Shown here: piece after piece, positions 41,701 through 54,039 of the stretch
Numbering within the stretch: position 1 is the stretch's first letter
How the letters are laid out: every line of letters starts with the position of its first letter
Source of the DNA: Eledone cirrhosa
Taxonomy: Eukaryota
Assembly: GCA_964016885.1 (NCBI GenBank)
Contig: OZ024742.1
Location: forward strand, 311,426,001-311,490,000
Direction of reading: 5' to 3'
Length of the DNA: 64,000 nucleotides
The notes under the pieces: model-generated
What the model was told of the DNA's origin: nothing
The model's input: the letters and a program-made list of their open reading frames with translations, nothing else
The model's database searches: none
Program-made: the position numbers and the translations under genes

Positions 41701-44700
41701 ATTACCTTACAGGTAAACATTGCTGTGAAGAGATAATTACCTTACAGGTAAACATTGCTGTGAAGAGATCATTACCTTACAGGTAAACATTGCTGTGAAG
41801 ATCATTACCTTACAGGTAAACATTGCTGTGAAGAGATCTTTACCTTACAGGTAAACATTGCTGTGAAGAGATCCTTACCTTACAGGTAAACATTGCTGTG
41901 GAGAAGATCATTACCTTACAGGTAAACATTGCTGTGAAGATCATTACCTTACAGGTAAACATTGCTGTGAAGAGATCTTTACCTTACAGGTAAACATTGC
42001 TGTGAAGAGATCATTACCTTACAGGTAAACATTGCCATGAAGAGATCCTTACCTTACAGGTAAACTTTTCTGTGAAGAGATCATTACCTTACAGGTAAAC
42101 ATTGCTGTGGAGAAGATCATTACCTTACAGGTAAATATTGTTGTGAAGAGATCTTTACCTTACAGGTAAACATTGCTGTGAAGAGATCATTACCTTACAG
42201 GTAAACATTGCTGTGGAGAATATCCTTACCTTACAGGTAAACATTGCTGTGAAGAAGATCATTACTTTACAGGTAAACATTGCTGTGAAGAACATCATTA
42301 CCTTACAGGTAAACTTTTCTGTGAAGAGATCATTACCTTACAGGTAAACTTTTCTGTGAAGAGATCATTACCTTACAGGTAAACATTGCTCTGGAGAAGA
42401 TCATTATCTTACAGGTAAACATTGCTGTGAAGAGATAATTACCTTACAGGTAAACATTGCTGTGAAGATCATTACCTTACAGGTAAACATTGCTGTGAAG
42501 AGATCTTTACCTTACAGGTAAACATTGCTGTGAAGAGATCATTACCTTACAGGTAAACATTGCCATGAAGAGATCCTTACCTTACAGGTAAACTTTTCTG
42601 TGAAGAGATCATTACCTTACAGGTAAACATTGCTGTGGAGAAGATCATTATCTTACAGGTAAACATTGCTGTGAAGAAGATCATTACTTTACAGGTAAAC
42701 ATTGCTGTGAAGAACATCATTATCTTACAGGTAAACATTGCTGTGAAGAGATCCTTAACTTACAGGTAAACATTGCTGTGAAGAGATCCTTACCTTACAG
42801 GTAAACATTGCTGTGGAGAAGATCATTATCTTACAGGTAAACATTGCTGTGAAGAGATAATTACCTTACAGGTAAACATTGCTGTGGAGAGATAATTACC
42901 TTACAGGTAAACATTACTGTGAAGAGATCCTTACCTTACAGGTAAACATTGCTGTGAAGAGATCCTTACCTTACAGGTAAACATTGCTGTGGAGAAGATC
43001 ATTACCTTACAGGTAAACATTGCTGTGGAGAAGATCATTATCTTACAGGTAAACATTGCTGTGAAGAGATAATTACCTTACAGGTAAACATTGCTGTGAA
43101 GAGATAATTACCTTACAGGTAAACATTGCTGTGAAGAGATCATTACCTTACAGGTAAACATTGCTGTGAAGATCATTACCTTACAGGTAAACATTGCTGT
43201 GAAGAGATCTTTACCTTACAGGTAAACATTGCTGTGAAGAGATCCTTACCTTACAGGTAAACATTGCTGTGGAGAAGATCATTACCTTACAGGTAAACAT
43301 TGCTGTGAAGATCATTACCTTACAGGTAAACATTGCTGTGAAGAGATCTTTACCTTACAGGTAAACATTACTGTGAAGAGATCATTACCTTACAGGTAAA
43401 CATTGCCATGAAGAGATCCTTACCTTACAGGTAAACTTTTCTGTGAAGAGATCATTACCTTACAGGTAAACATTGCTGTGGAGAAGATCATTATCTTACA
43501 GGTAAACATTGCTGTGAAGAGATAATTACCTTACAGGTAAACATTGTTGTGAAGAGATAATTACCTTACAGGTAAACATTGCCGTGAAGAGATCATTACC
43601 TTACAGGTAAACATTGCTGTGAAGAGATCTTCACCTCACAGGTAAACATTGCTGTGAAGAGATCATTACCTTACAGGTAAACATTGCCATGAAGAGATCC
43701 TTACCTTACAGGTAAACTTTTCTGTGAAGAGATCATTACCTTACAGGTAAACATTGCTGTGGAGAAGATCATTATCTTACAGGTAAACATTGCTGTGAAG
43801 AGATAATTACCTTACAGGTAAACATTGCTGTGAAGATCATTACCTTACAGGTAAACATTGCTGTGAAGAGATCTTTACCTTACAGGTAAACATTGCTGTG
43901 AAGAGATCCTTACCTTACAGGTAAACTTTTCTGTGAAGAGATCATTACCTTACAGGTAAACATTGCTGTGGAGAAGATCATTATCTTACAGGTAAACATT
44001 GCTGTGAAGAGATAATTACCTTACAGGTAAACATTGTTGTGAAGAGATAATTACCTTACAGGTAAACATTGCCGTGAAGAGATCATTACCTTACAGGTAA
44101 ACATTGCTGTGAAGAGATCTTTACCTCACAGGTAAACATTGCTGTGAAGAGATCATTACCTTACAGGTAAACATTGCCATGAAAAGATCCTTACCTTACA
44201 GGTAAACTTTTCTGTGAAGAGATCATTACCTTACAGGTAAACATTGCTGTGGAGAAGATCATTATCTTACAGGTAAACATTGCTGTGAAGAGATAATTAC
44301 CTTACAGGTAAACATTGCTGTGAAGATCATTACCTTACAGGTAAACATTGCTGTGAAGAGATCTTTACCTTACAGGTAAACATTGCTGTGAAGAGATCAT
44401 TACCTTACAGGTAAACATTGCTGTGAAGATCATTACCTTACAGGTAAACATTGCCATGAAGAGATCCTTACCTTACAGGTAAACTTTTCTGTGAAGAGAT
44501 CATTACCTTACAGGTAAACATTGCTCTGGAGAAGATCATTACCTTACAGGTAAATATTGCTGTGAAGAGATCATTTACTTACAGGTAAACATTGCTGTGA
44601 AGAAGATCATTACCTTACAGGTAAATATTGCTGTGAAGAAGATCATTACCTTACAGGTAAATATTGCTGTGGAGAAGATCATTACCTTACAGGTAAACAT

Positions 44701-47700
44701 TGCTGTGGAGAGATCCTTACCTTACAGGTAAACATTGCTGTGAAGAGATCCTTACCTTAGAGGTAAACGTTGCTGTGGAGAGATCCTTACCTTACAGGTA
44801 AACATTGGTGTGAAGAGAGTAAGGTAATGATCTTCTCCACAGCAATGTTTACCTATAATGTAATGAACTTACAGGTAAACATTGCTGTGGAGAAGATCAT
44901 TACCTTACAGGTAAACATTGCTGTGAAGAAGATCATTACCTTACAGGTAAACATTGCTGTGAAGAAGATCATTACCTTACAGGTAAACATTGCTGTGAAG
45001 AAGATCATTACCTTACAGGTAAATATTGCTGTGAAGAAGATCATTACCTTACAGGTAAATATTGCTGTGGAGAAGATCATTACCTTACAGGTAAACATTG
45101 CTGTGGAGAGATCCTTACCTTACAGGTAAACATTGCTGTGAAGAGATCCTTACCTTAGAGGTAAACGTTGCTGTGGAGAGATCCTTACCTTACAGGTAAA
45201 CATTGGTGTGAAGAGAGTAAGGTAATGATCTTCTCCACAGCAATGTTTACCTATAATGTAATGAACTTACAGGTAAACATTGCTGTGGAGAAGATCATTA
45301 CCTTACAGGTAAATATTGTTGTGAAGAGATCTTTACCTTACAGGTAAACATTGCTGTGGAGAAGATCATTACCTTACAGGTAAACTTTACTGTGGAGAGA
45401 TGCTTACCTTACAGGTAAACATTGGTGTGAAGAGAGTAAGGTAATGATCTTCTCCACAGCAATGTTTACCTATAAGGTAATGAACTTACAGGTAAACATT
45501 GCTGTGGAGAAGATCATTACCTTACAGGTAAATATTGTTGTGAAGAGATCTTTACCTTACAGGTAAACATTGCTGTGAAGAGATCATTACCTTACAGGTA
45601 AACATTGCTGTGGAGAATATCCTTACCTTACAGGTAAACATTGCTGTGAAGAAGATCATTACTTTACAGGTAAACATTGCTGTGAAGAACATCATTATCT
45701 TACAGGTAAACATTGCTGTGAAGAGATCCTTAACTTACAGGTAAACATTGCTGTGAATAGATCCTTACCTTACAGGTAAACATTGCTGTGGAGAAGATCA
45801 TTATCTTACAGGTAAACATTGCTGTGAAGAAGATCATTACTTTACAGGTAAACATTGCTGTGAAGAACATCATTACCTTACAGGTAAACATTGCTGTGAA
45901 GAGATCCTTAACTTACAGGTAAACATTGCTGTGAAGAGATCCTTACCTTACAGGTAAACATTGCTGTGGAGAAGATCATTATCTTACAGGTAAACATTGC
46001 TGTGAAGAGATAATTACCTTACAGGTAAACATTGCTGTGGAGAGATAATTACCTTACAGGTAAACATTACTGTGAAGAGATCCTTACCTTACAGGTAAAC
46101 ATTGCTGTGAAGAGATCCTTACCTTACAGGTAAACATTGCTGTGGAGAAGATCATTACCTTACAGGTAAACATTGCTGTGGAGAAGATCATTATCTTACA
46201 GGTAAACATTGCTGTGAAGAGATAATTACCTTACAGGTAAACATTGCTGTGAAGAGATAATTACCTTACAGGTAAACATTGCTGTGAAGAGATCATTACC
46301 TTACAGGTAAACATTGCTGTGAAGATCATTACCTTACAGGTAAACATTGCTGTGAAGAGATCTATACCTTACAGGTAAACATTGCTGTGGAGAAGATCAT
46401 TACCTTACAGGTAAACATTGCTGTGAAGATCATTACCTTACAGGTAAACGTTGCTGTGAAGAGATCTTTACCTTACAGGTAAACATTGCTGTGAAGAGAT
46501 CATTACCTTACAGGTAAACATTGCCATGAAGAGATCCTTACCTTACAGGTAAACTTTTCTGTGAAGAGATCATTACCTTACAGGTAAACATTGCTGTGGA
46601 GAAGATCATTATCTTACAGGTAAACATTGCTGTGAAGAGATAATTACCTTACAGGTAAACATTGTTGTGAAGAGATAATTACCTTACAGGTAAACATTGC
46701 CGTGAAGAGATCATTACCTTACAGGTAAACATTGCTGTGAAGAGATCTTTACCTCACAGGTAAACATTGCTGTGAAGAGATCATTACCTTACAGGTAAAC
46801 ATTGCCATGAAGAGATCCTTACCTTACAGGTAAACTTTTCTCTGAAGAGATCATTACCTTACAGGTAAACATTGCTGTGGAGAAGATCATTATCTTACAG
46901 GTAAACATTGCTGTGAAGAGATAATTACCTTACAGGTAAACATTGCTGTGAAGATCATTACCTTACAGGTAAACATTGCTGTGAAGAGATCTTTACCTTA
47001 CAGGTAAACATTGCTGTGAAGAGATCATTACCTTACAGGTAAACATTGCCATGAAGAGATCCTTACCTTACAGGTAAACTTTTCTGTGAAGAGATCATTA
47101 CCTTACAGGTAAACATTGCTGTGGAGAAGATCATTATCTTACAGGTAAACATTGCTGTGAAGAGATAATTACCTTACAGGTAAACATTGTTGTGAAGAGA
47201 TAATTACCTTACAGGTAAACATTGCCGTGAAGAGATCATTACCTTACAGGTAAACATTGCTGTGAAGAGATCTTTACCTCACAGGTAAACATTGCTGTGA
47301 AGAGATCATTACCTTACAGGTAAACATTGCTGTGGAGAAGATCATTATCTTACAGGTAAACATTGCTGTGAAGAGATAATTACCTTACAGGTAAACATTG
47401 CTGTGAAGATCATTACCTTACAGGTAAACATTGCTGTGAAGAGATCTTTACCTTACAGGTAAACATTGCTGTGAAGAGATCATTACCTTACAGGTAAACA
47501 TTGCTGTGAAGATCATTACCTTACAGGTAAACATTGCCATGAAGAGATCCTTACCTTACAGGTAAACTTTTCTGTGAAGAGATCATTACCTTACAGGTAA
47601 ACATTGCTCTGGAGAAGATCATTACCTTACAGGTAAATATTGCTGTGAAGAGATCATTTACTTACAGGTAAACATTGCTGTGAAGAAGATCATTACCTTA

Positions 47701-50700
47701 CAGGTAAATATTGCTGTGAAGAAGATCATTACCTTACAGGTAAATATTGCTGTGGAGAAGATCATTACCTTACAGGTAAACATTGCTGTGGAGAGATCCT
47801 TACCTTACAGGTAAACATTGCTGTGAAGAGATCCTTACCTTAGAGGTAAACGTTGCTGTGGAGAGATCCTTACCTTACAGGTAAACATTGGTGTGAAGAG
47901 AGTAAGGTAATGATCTTCTCCACAGCAATGTTTACCTATAATGTAATGAACTTACAGGTAAACATTGCTGTGGAGAAGATCATTACCTTACAGGTAAATA
48001 TTGTTGTGAAGAGATCTTTACCTTACAGGTAAACATTGCTGTGGAGAAGATCATTACCTTACAGGTAAACATTGCCATGAAGAGATCCTTACCTTACAGG
48101 TAAACTTTTCTGTGAAGAGATCATTACTTTACAGGTAAACATTGCTGTGGAGAAGATCATTATCTTACAGGTAAACATTGCTGTGAAGAGATAATTACCT
48201 TACAGGTAAACATTGCTGTGAAGAGATCATTACCTTACAGGTAAACATTGCCATGAAGAGATCCTTACCTTACAGGTAAACTTTTCTGTGAAGAGATCAT
48301 TACCTTACAGGTAAACATTGCTGTGGAGAAGATCATTATCTTACAGGTAAACATTGCTGTGAAGAAGATCATTACTTTACAGGTAAACATTGCTGTGAAG
48401 AACATCATTATCTTACAGGTAAACATTGCTGTGAAGAGATCCTTAACTTACAGGTAAACATTGCTGTGAAGAGATCCTTACCTTACAGGTAAACATTGCT
48501 GTGGAGAAGATCATTATCTTACAGGTAAACATTGCTGTGAAGAGATAATTACCTTACAGGTAAACATTGCTGTGGAGAGATAATTACCTTACAGGTAAAC
48601 ATTACTGTGAAGAGATCCTTACCTTACAGGTAAACATTGCTGTGAAGAGATCCTTACCTTACAGGTAAACATTGCTGTGGAGAAGATCATTACCTTACAG
48701 GTAAACATTGCTGTGGAGAAGATCATTATCTTACAGGTAAACATTGCTGTGAAGAGATAATTACCTTACAGGTAAACATTGCTGTGAAGAGATAATTACC
48801 TTACAGGTAAACATTGCTGTGAAGAGATCATTACCTTACAGGTTAAACATTGCTGTGAAGATCATTACCTTACAGGTAAACATTGCTGTGAAGAGATCTT
48901 TACCTTACAGGTAAACATTGCTGTGAAGAGATCCTTACCTTACAGGTAAACATTGCTGTGGAGAAGATCATTATCTTACAGGTAAACATTGCTGTGAAGA
49001 GATAATTACCTTACAGGTAAACATTGCTGTGAAGATCATTACCTTACAGGTAAACATTGCTGTGAAGAGATCTTTACCTTACAGGTAAACATTGCTGTGA
49101 AGAGATCATTACCTTACAGGTAAACATTGCCATGAAGAGATCCTTACCTTACAGGTAAACTTTTCTGTGAAGAGATCATTACCTTACAGGTAAACATTGC
49201 TGTGGAGAAGATCATTATCTTACAGGTAAACATTGCTGTGAAGAGATAATTACCTTACAGGTAAACATTGTTGTGAAGAGATAATTACCTTACAGATAAA
49301 CATTGCCGTGAAGAGATCATTACCTTACAGGTAAACATTGCTGTGAAGAGATCTTTACCTCACAAGTAAACATTGCTGTGAAGAGATCATTACCTTACAG
49401 GTAAACATTGCCATGAAGAGATCCTTACCTTACAGGTAAACTTTTCTGTGAAGAGATCATTACCTTACAGGTAAACATTGCTGTGGAGAAGATCATTATC
49501 TTACAGGTAAACATTGCTGTGAAGAGATAATTACCTTACAGGTAAACATTGCTGTGAAGATCATTACCTTACAGGTAAACATTGCTGTGAAGAGATCTTT
49601 ACCTTACAGGTAAACATTGCTGTGAAGAGATCATTACCTTACAGGTAAACATTGCTGTGAAGATCATTACCTTACAGGTAAACATTGCCATGAAGAGATC
49701 CTTACCTTACAGGTAAACTTTTCTGTGAAGAGATCATTACCTTACAGGTAAACATTGCTCTGGAGAAGATCATTACCTTACAGGTAAATATTGCTGTGAA
49801 GAGATCATTTACTTACAGGTAAACATTGCTGTGGAGAAGATCATTACCTTACAAGTAAACATTGCTGTGAAGAGATCATTACCTTACAGGTAAACATTGC
49901 TGTGAAGAGATCATTACCTTACAGGTAAACATTGCTGTGGAGAACATCATTACTTTACAGGTAAACATTGCTGTGAAAAGAGCATTACCATACAGGTAAA
50001 CATCGCTGTGGAGAAGATCATTACCTTACAGGTAAACATTGCTGTGACGAGATCTTAACCTTACAGGTAAACATTGCTGTGAAGAGATCATTACCTTACA
50101 GGTAAACATTGCTGTGAAGAAGATCATTACCTTACAGGTAAACGTTGCTGTGAAGAGATCCTTACCTTACAGGTAAACATTGCTGTGAAGAGATCTTAAG
50201 CTTACAGGTAAACATTGCTGTGAAGAGATCATTACCTTACAGGTAAACATTGATGTGAAGAGATCATTACCTTACAAGTAAACATTGCTGTGACGAGATC
50301 TTAACCTTACAGGTAAACATTGCTGTGAAGAGATCATTACCTTACAGGTAAACATTGCTGTGAAGAAGATCATTACCTTACAGGTAAACATTGCTGTGAG
50401 GAGATCCTTACCTTACAGGTAAACATTGCTGTGGAGAGATCATTACCTTACAGGTAAACATTGCTGTGGAGAGATCATTACCTTACAAGTAAACATTGCT
50501 GTGGAGAAGATCATTACCTTACAGGTAAACATTACTGTGGAGAAGATCATTAACTTAGAGGTAAACATTGCTGTGAAGAGATCCTTACCTTACAGGTAAA
50601 CATTGGTGTGAAGAGAGTATGGTAATGATCTTCTCCACAGCAATGTTTACCTGTAAGGTAATGAACTTACAGGTAAATATTGCTGTGGAGAAGATCATTA

Positions 50701-53216
50701 CCTTACAGGTAAATATTGTTGTGAAGAGATCTTTACCTTACAGGTAAACATTGCTGTGAAGAGATCATTACCTTACAGGTAAACATTGCTGCGAGGAAGA
50801 TCAATACCTTACAGGTAAACATTGCTGTGAAGAGATCCTTACCTTACAGGTAAACATTGCTGTGAAGAGATCATTACCTTACATGTAAACGTTGCTGTGG
50901 AGAATATCCTTACCTTACAGGTAAACATTGCTGTGAAGAAGATCATTACTTTACAGGTAAACATTGCTGTGAAGAGATCCATAACTTACAGGTAAACATT
51001 GCTGTGAATAGGTCCTTACCTTACAGGTAAACATTGCTGTGAAGAGATCCTTACCTTACAGGTAAACATGGCTGTGAAGAGATCATTACCTGACAGGTAA
51101 ACTTTGCTGTGAAGAGATCATTACCTTACAGGTAAACATTGCTGTGAAGAGATCATTACCTTACAGGTAAACATTGCTGTGAAGAGATCATTACCTTACA
51201 GGTAAACATTGCTGTGAAGAGATCATTACCTTACAGGTAAACATTGCTGTGAAGAGATCATTACCTTACAGGTAAACATTGCTGTGAAGAGATCATTACC
51301 TTACAGGTAAACATTGCTGTGAAGAGATCATTAACTTACAAGTAAACATTGCTGTGAAGAGGACATTACCTTACAGGTAAACATTTATGTGAAGAGATCA
51401 TTACCTTACAGGTAAACATTGCTGTGAAGAGATCCTTATCTTACAGCTAAACATTGCTGTGAAGAGATCCTTACCTTACAGGTAAACATTGCTGTGAAGA
51501 GATCCTTACCTTACAGGTAAACATTGCTGTGGAGAAGATCAATACTTTACAGGTAAACATTGCTGTGAAGAGATCATTACCTTACAGGTAAACATTGCTG
51601 TGAAGAGATCATTACCTTACAGGTAAACATTGCTGTGAAGAAGAACATTATCTTACAGGTAAACATTGCTGTGAAGAACATCATTATCTTACTGATAAAC
51701 ATTGCTGTGAAGAACATCATTATCTTACAGGTAAACATTGCTGTGAAGAGATCCATAACTTACAGGTAAACATTGCTGTGAATAGGTCCTTACCTTACAG
51801 GTAAACATTGCTGTGAAGAGATCCTTACCTTACAAGTAAACATTGCTGTGAAGAGATCTTTACCTTACAGGTAAACATTGCTGCGAAGAGATCCTTACCT
51901 TACAGGTAAAGATTGATGTGAAGAGATCCTTATCTTACAGGTAAACATTGCTGTGAAGAGATCCTTACCTTACAGGTAAACATTGCTGCGAAGAGATCAT
52001 TACCTTACAGGTAAACATTGCTGTGAAGAACATCATTACCTTACAGGTAAACATTGCTGCGAAGAGATCCTTACCTTACAGGTAAACATTGATGTGAAGA
52101 GATCCTTACCTTACAGGTAAACATTGCTGTGAAGAGATCATTACCTTACTGTGGAGAAGATCATTACCTTACAGGTAAACATTGCTGTGAAGAGATCATT
52201 ACCTTACAGGTAAACATTGCTGTGAAGAGATCATTACCTTACAGGTAAACATTGCTGTGAAGAGATCATTACCTTACAGGTAAACATTGCTGTGAAGAGA
52301 TCATTACCTTACAGGTAAACATTGCTGTGAAGAGATCCTTATCTTACAGGTAAACATTGCTGTGAAGAGATCCTTACCTTACAAGTAAACATTGCTGCGA
52401 AGAGATCATTACCTTACAGGTAAACATTGATGTGAAGAGATCCTTATCTTACAGGTAAACATTGCTGTGAAGAGATCCTTACCTTACAAGTAAACATTGC
52501 TGCGAAGAGATCCTTACCTTACATGTAAACATTGATGTGAAGAGATCCTTATCTTACAGGTAAACATTGCTGTGAAGAGATCCTTACCTTACAGGTAAAC
52601 ATTGCTGTGAAGAGATCATTACCTTACAGGTAAACATTGCTGTGAAGAGATCATTACCTTACAGGTAAACATTGCTGTGGAGAAGATCATTACCTTACAG
52701 GTAAACATTGCTGTGAAGAAGATCATTACCTTACAGGTAAACATTGCTGTGAAGAGATTATTACCTTACAGGTAAACATTGCTGTGAAGAGATCATTACC
52801 TTACAGGTAAACATTGCTGTGGAGAAGATCATTACCTTACAGGTAAACATTGCTGTGAAGAAGATCATTACCTTACAGGTAAACATTGCTGTGAAGAGAT
52901 CATTACCTTACATGTAAACATTGCTGTGGAGAAGATCATTACCTTACAGGTAAACTTTGCTGTGAAGAGATCATTATCTTACAAGTAAACATTGCTGTGG
53001 AGAAGATCATTACCTTACAGGTAAACATTGCTGTGGAGAAGATCATTATCTTACAGGTAAACATTGCTGTGAAGAGATAATTACCTTACAGGTAAACATT
53101 GCTGTGGAGAGATAATTACCTTACAAGTAAACATTGCTGTGGAGAAGATCATTACCTTACAGGTAAACATTGGTGCCTAAAAACATTTTATACATTTATT
53201 GCTCGTATAGAAAACT

Positions 53217-53560
53217 GATGATGATGGTAGTGGTGGTGGTGAGAATGATGATGATGGTGGGGATGATGGTGTTAGTGGTAGTGATGATGATGATGGTAGT
53301 GGTGGTAGTGATGGTGATAATGAAGATGGGGGATGATGGTGTTAGTGGTAATAATGATGGTGGTGGTGGTAGTGAGGATGATGATGGTGTTAGTGGTAGT
53401 GATTATGATGATGGTGGTGATGGAAGTGGTGGTGAGGATGATGGTGTAAGTGGTAGTAATGATGATGATGGTGGTGATGATATTGGTGGTGATGATGTTG
53501 GTGTTAATGGTAGTGATGATGATGATGATGATGGAGGTGGGAGGATGATGATTATGGTAA
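53217..53560. repeat. Compound (GAT/GGT/AGT)n trinucleotide low-complexity tract
   Basis: Seen directly in the sequence. Confidence 0.95.
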
Positions 53561-53668
53561 TAATTGTTTCTACTTTAGGCACAAGGTCAGCAATCATCCA
53601 GTACGTTACTTGTACTTTATTTTATCGACCCCCGTAAGGATGAAAGGCAAAGTTAACCTTGGCGTGTT
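53561..53668 (-). mobile_element. 3' half of tRNA-derived SINE (same family as 58204 and 59671)
   Basis: Reverse complement of ...GTTAACTTTGCCTTTCATCCTTACGGG..TCGATAAAATAAAGTAC...TTGCTG.CCTTGTGCC.AAAGTAGAAACAATTA. Confidence 0.8.
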
Positions 53669-53780
53669 TTAACAATGATAGAAGTAGCATTGTGATTTAG
53701 ATTGGCTAAGAGATTCTCATTCTACATCATGTGTAGTCATGACACTTTGTTAGACTAGAGGCACATATTCAATATACACT

Positions 53781-54000
53781 AGATGTACTCCTACAAATGT
53801 AGCATTAGGTGTACAACATATGCTTTCAGATGTAACATTAGTTATGCAGCTCTAGATCTAACATTAGATATACACCATACACCTCCAAATGTAACATTAG
53901 ATGTATACCATACATCATCAGATGTAACATTAGATGTATACCATACATCTCCAGATGTAACATTAGATGTATACCATACATCTCCAGATGTAACATATGA
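53781..54000. repeat. 33-bp minisatellite, ~6 copies (AGATGTAACATTAGATGTATACCATACATCTCC)
   Basis: Period 33, visible as an 11-aa repeat in ORF 53783. Contains the internal palindrome GATGTAT-ACC-ATACATC. Confidence 0.85.
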
Positions 54001-54039
54001 TAGCATCTATGTGATCACTCGACCTGATAGAAACAGCAA

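Larger units (their letters stand above)
3358..53175. repeat. ~50-kb satellite array, ~1,400 monomers of 33/35/36/37 bp; consensus ACAGGTAAACATTGCTGTGAAGAGATCATTACCTT
   Basis: Continuous head-to-tail repeats with no unique spacers. Length variants are GTGAAGATC (33), GTGAAGAGATC (35), GTGGAGAAGATC/GTGAAGAAGATC (36) and GTGGTGAAAGATC (37). Copy number is span divided by ~35.3. Confidence 0.99.

Noticed and set aside
7934-45129. Many ORFs such as MLWRDPYLTGKHCCGEDHY..., MFTCKVMIFF... (superficially zinc-finger or metal-binding)
   Set aside because: They are translations of runs of 36-bp monomers, many with non-ATG starts. Frames break at every 35-mer and there is no C2H2 spacing.
3358-53175. 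CRISPR array (35-36 bp partly palindromic repeats)
   Set aside because: Repeats are head-to-tail with no unique spacers, there are no cas genes, and the context is eukaryotic.
3358-53175. Calling the array centromeric or telomeric
   Set aside because: No telomeric motif is present, and centromere function cannot be inferred from sequence alone.
53170-53637. 155-aa M/V/D/G-rich ORF
   Set aside because: Trinucleotide low-complexity tract plus an antisense SINE.
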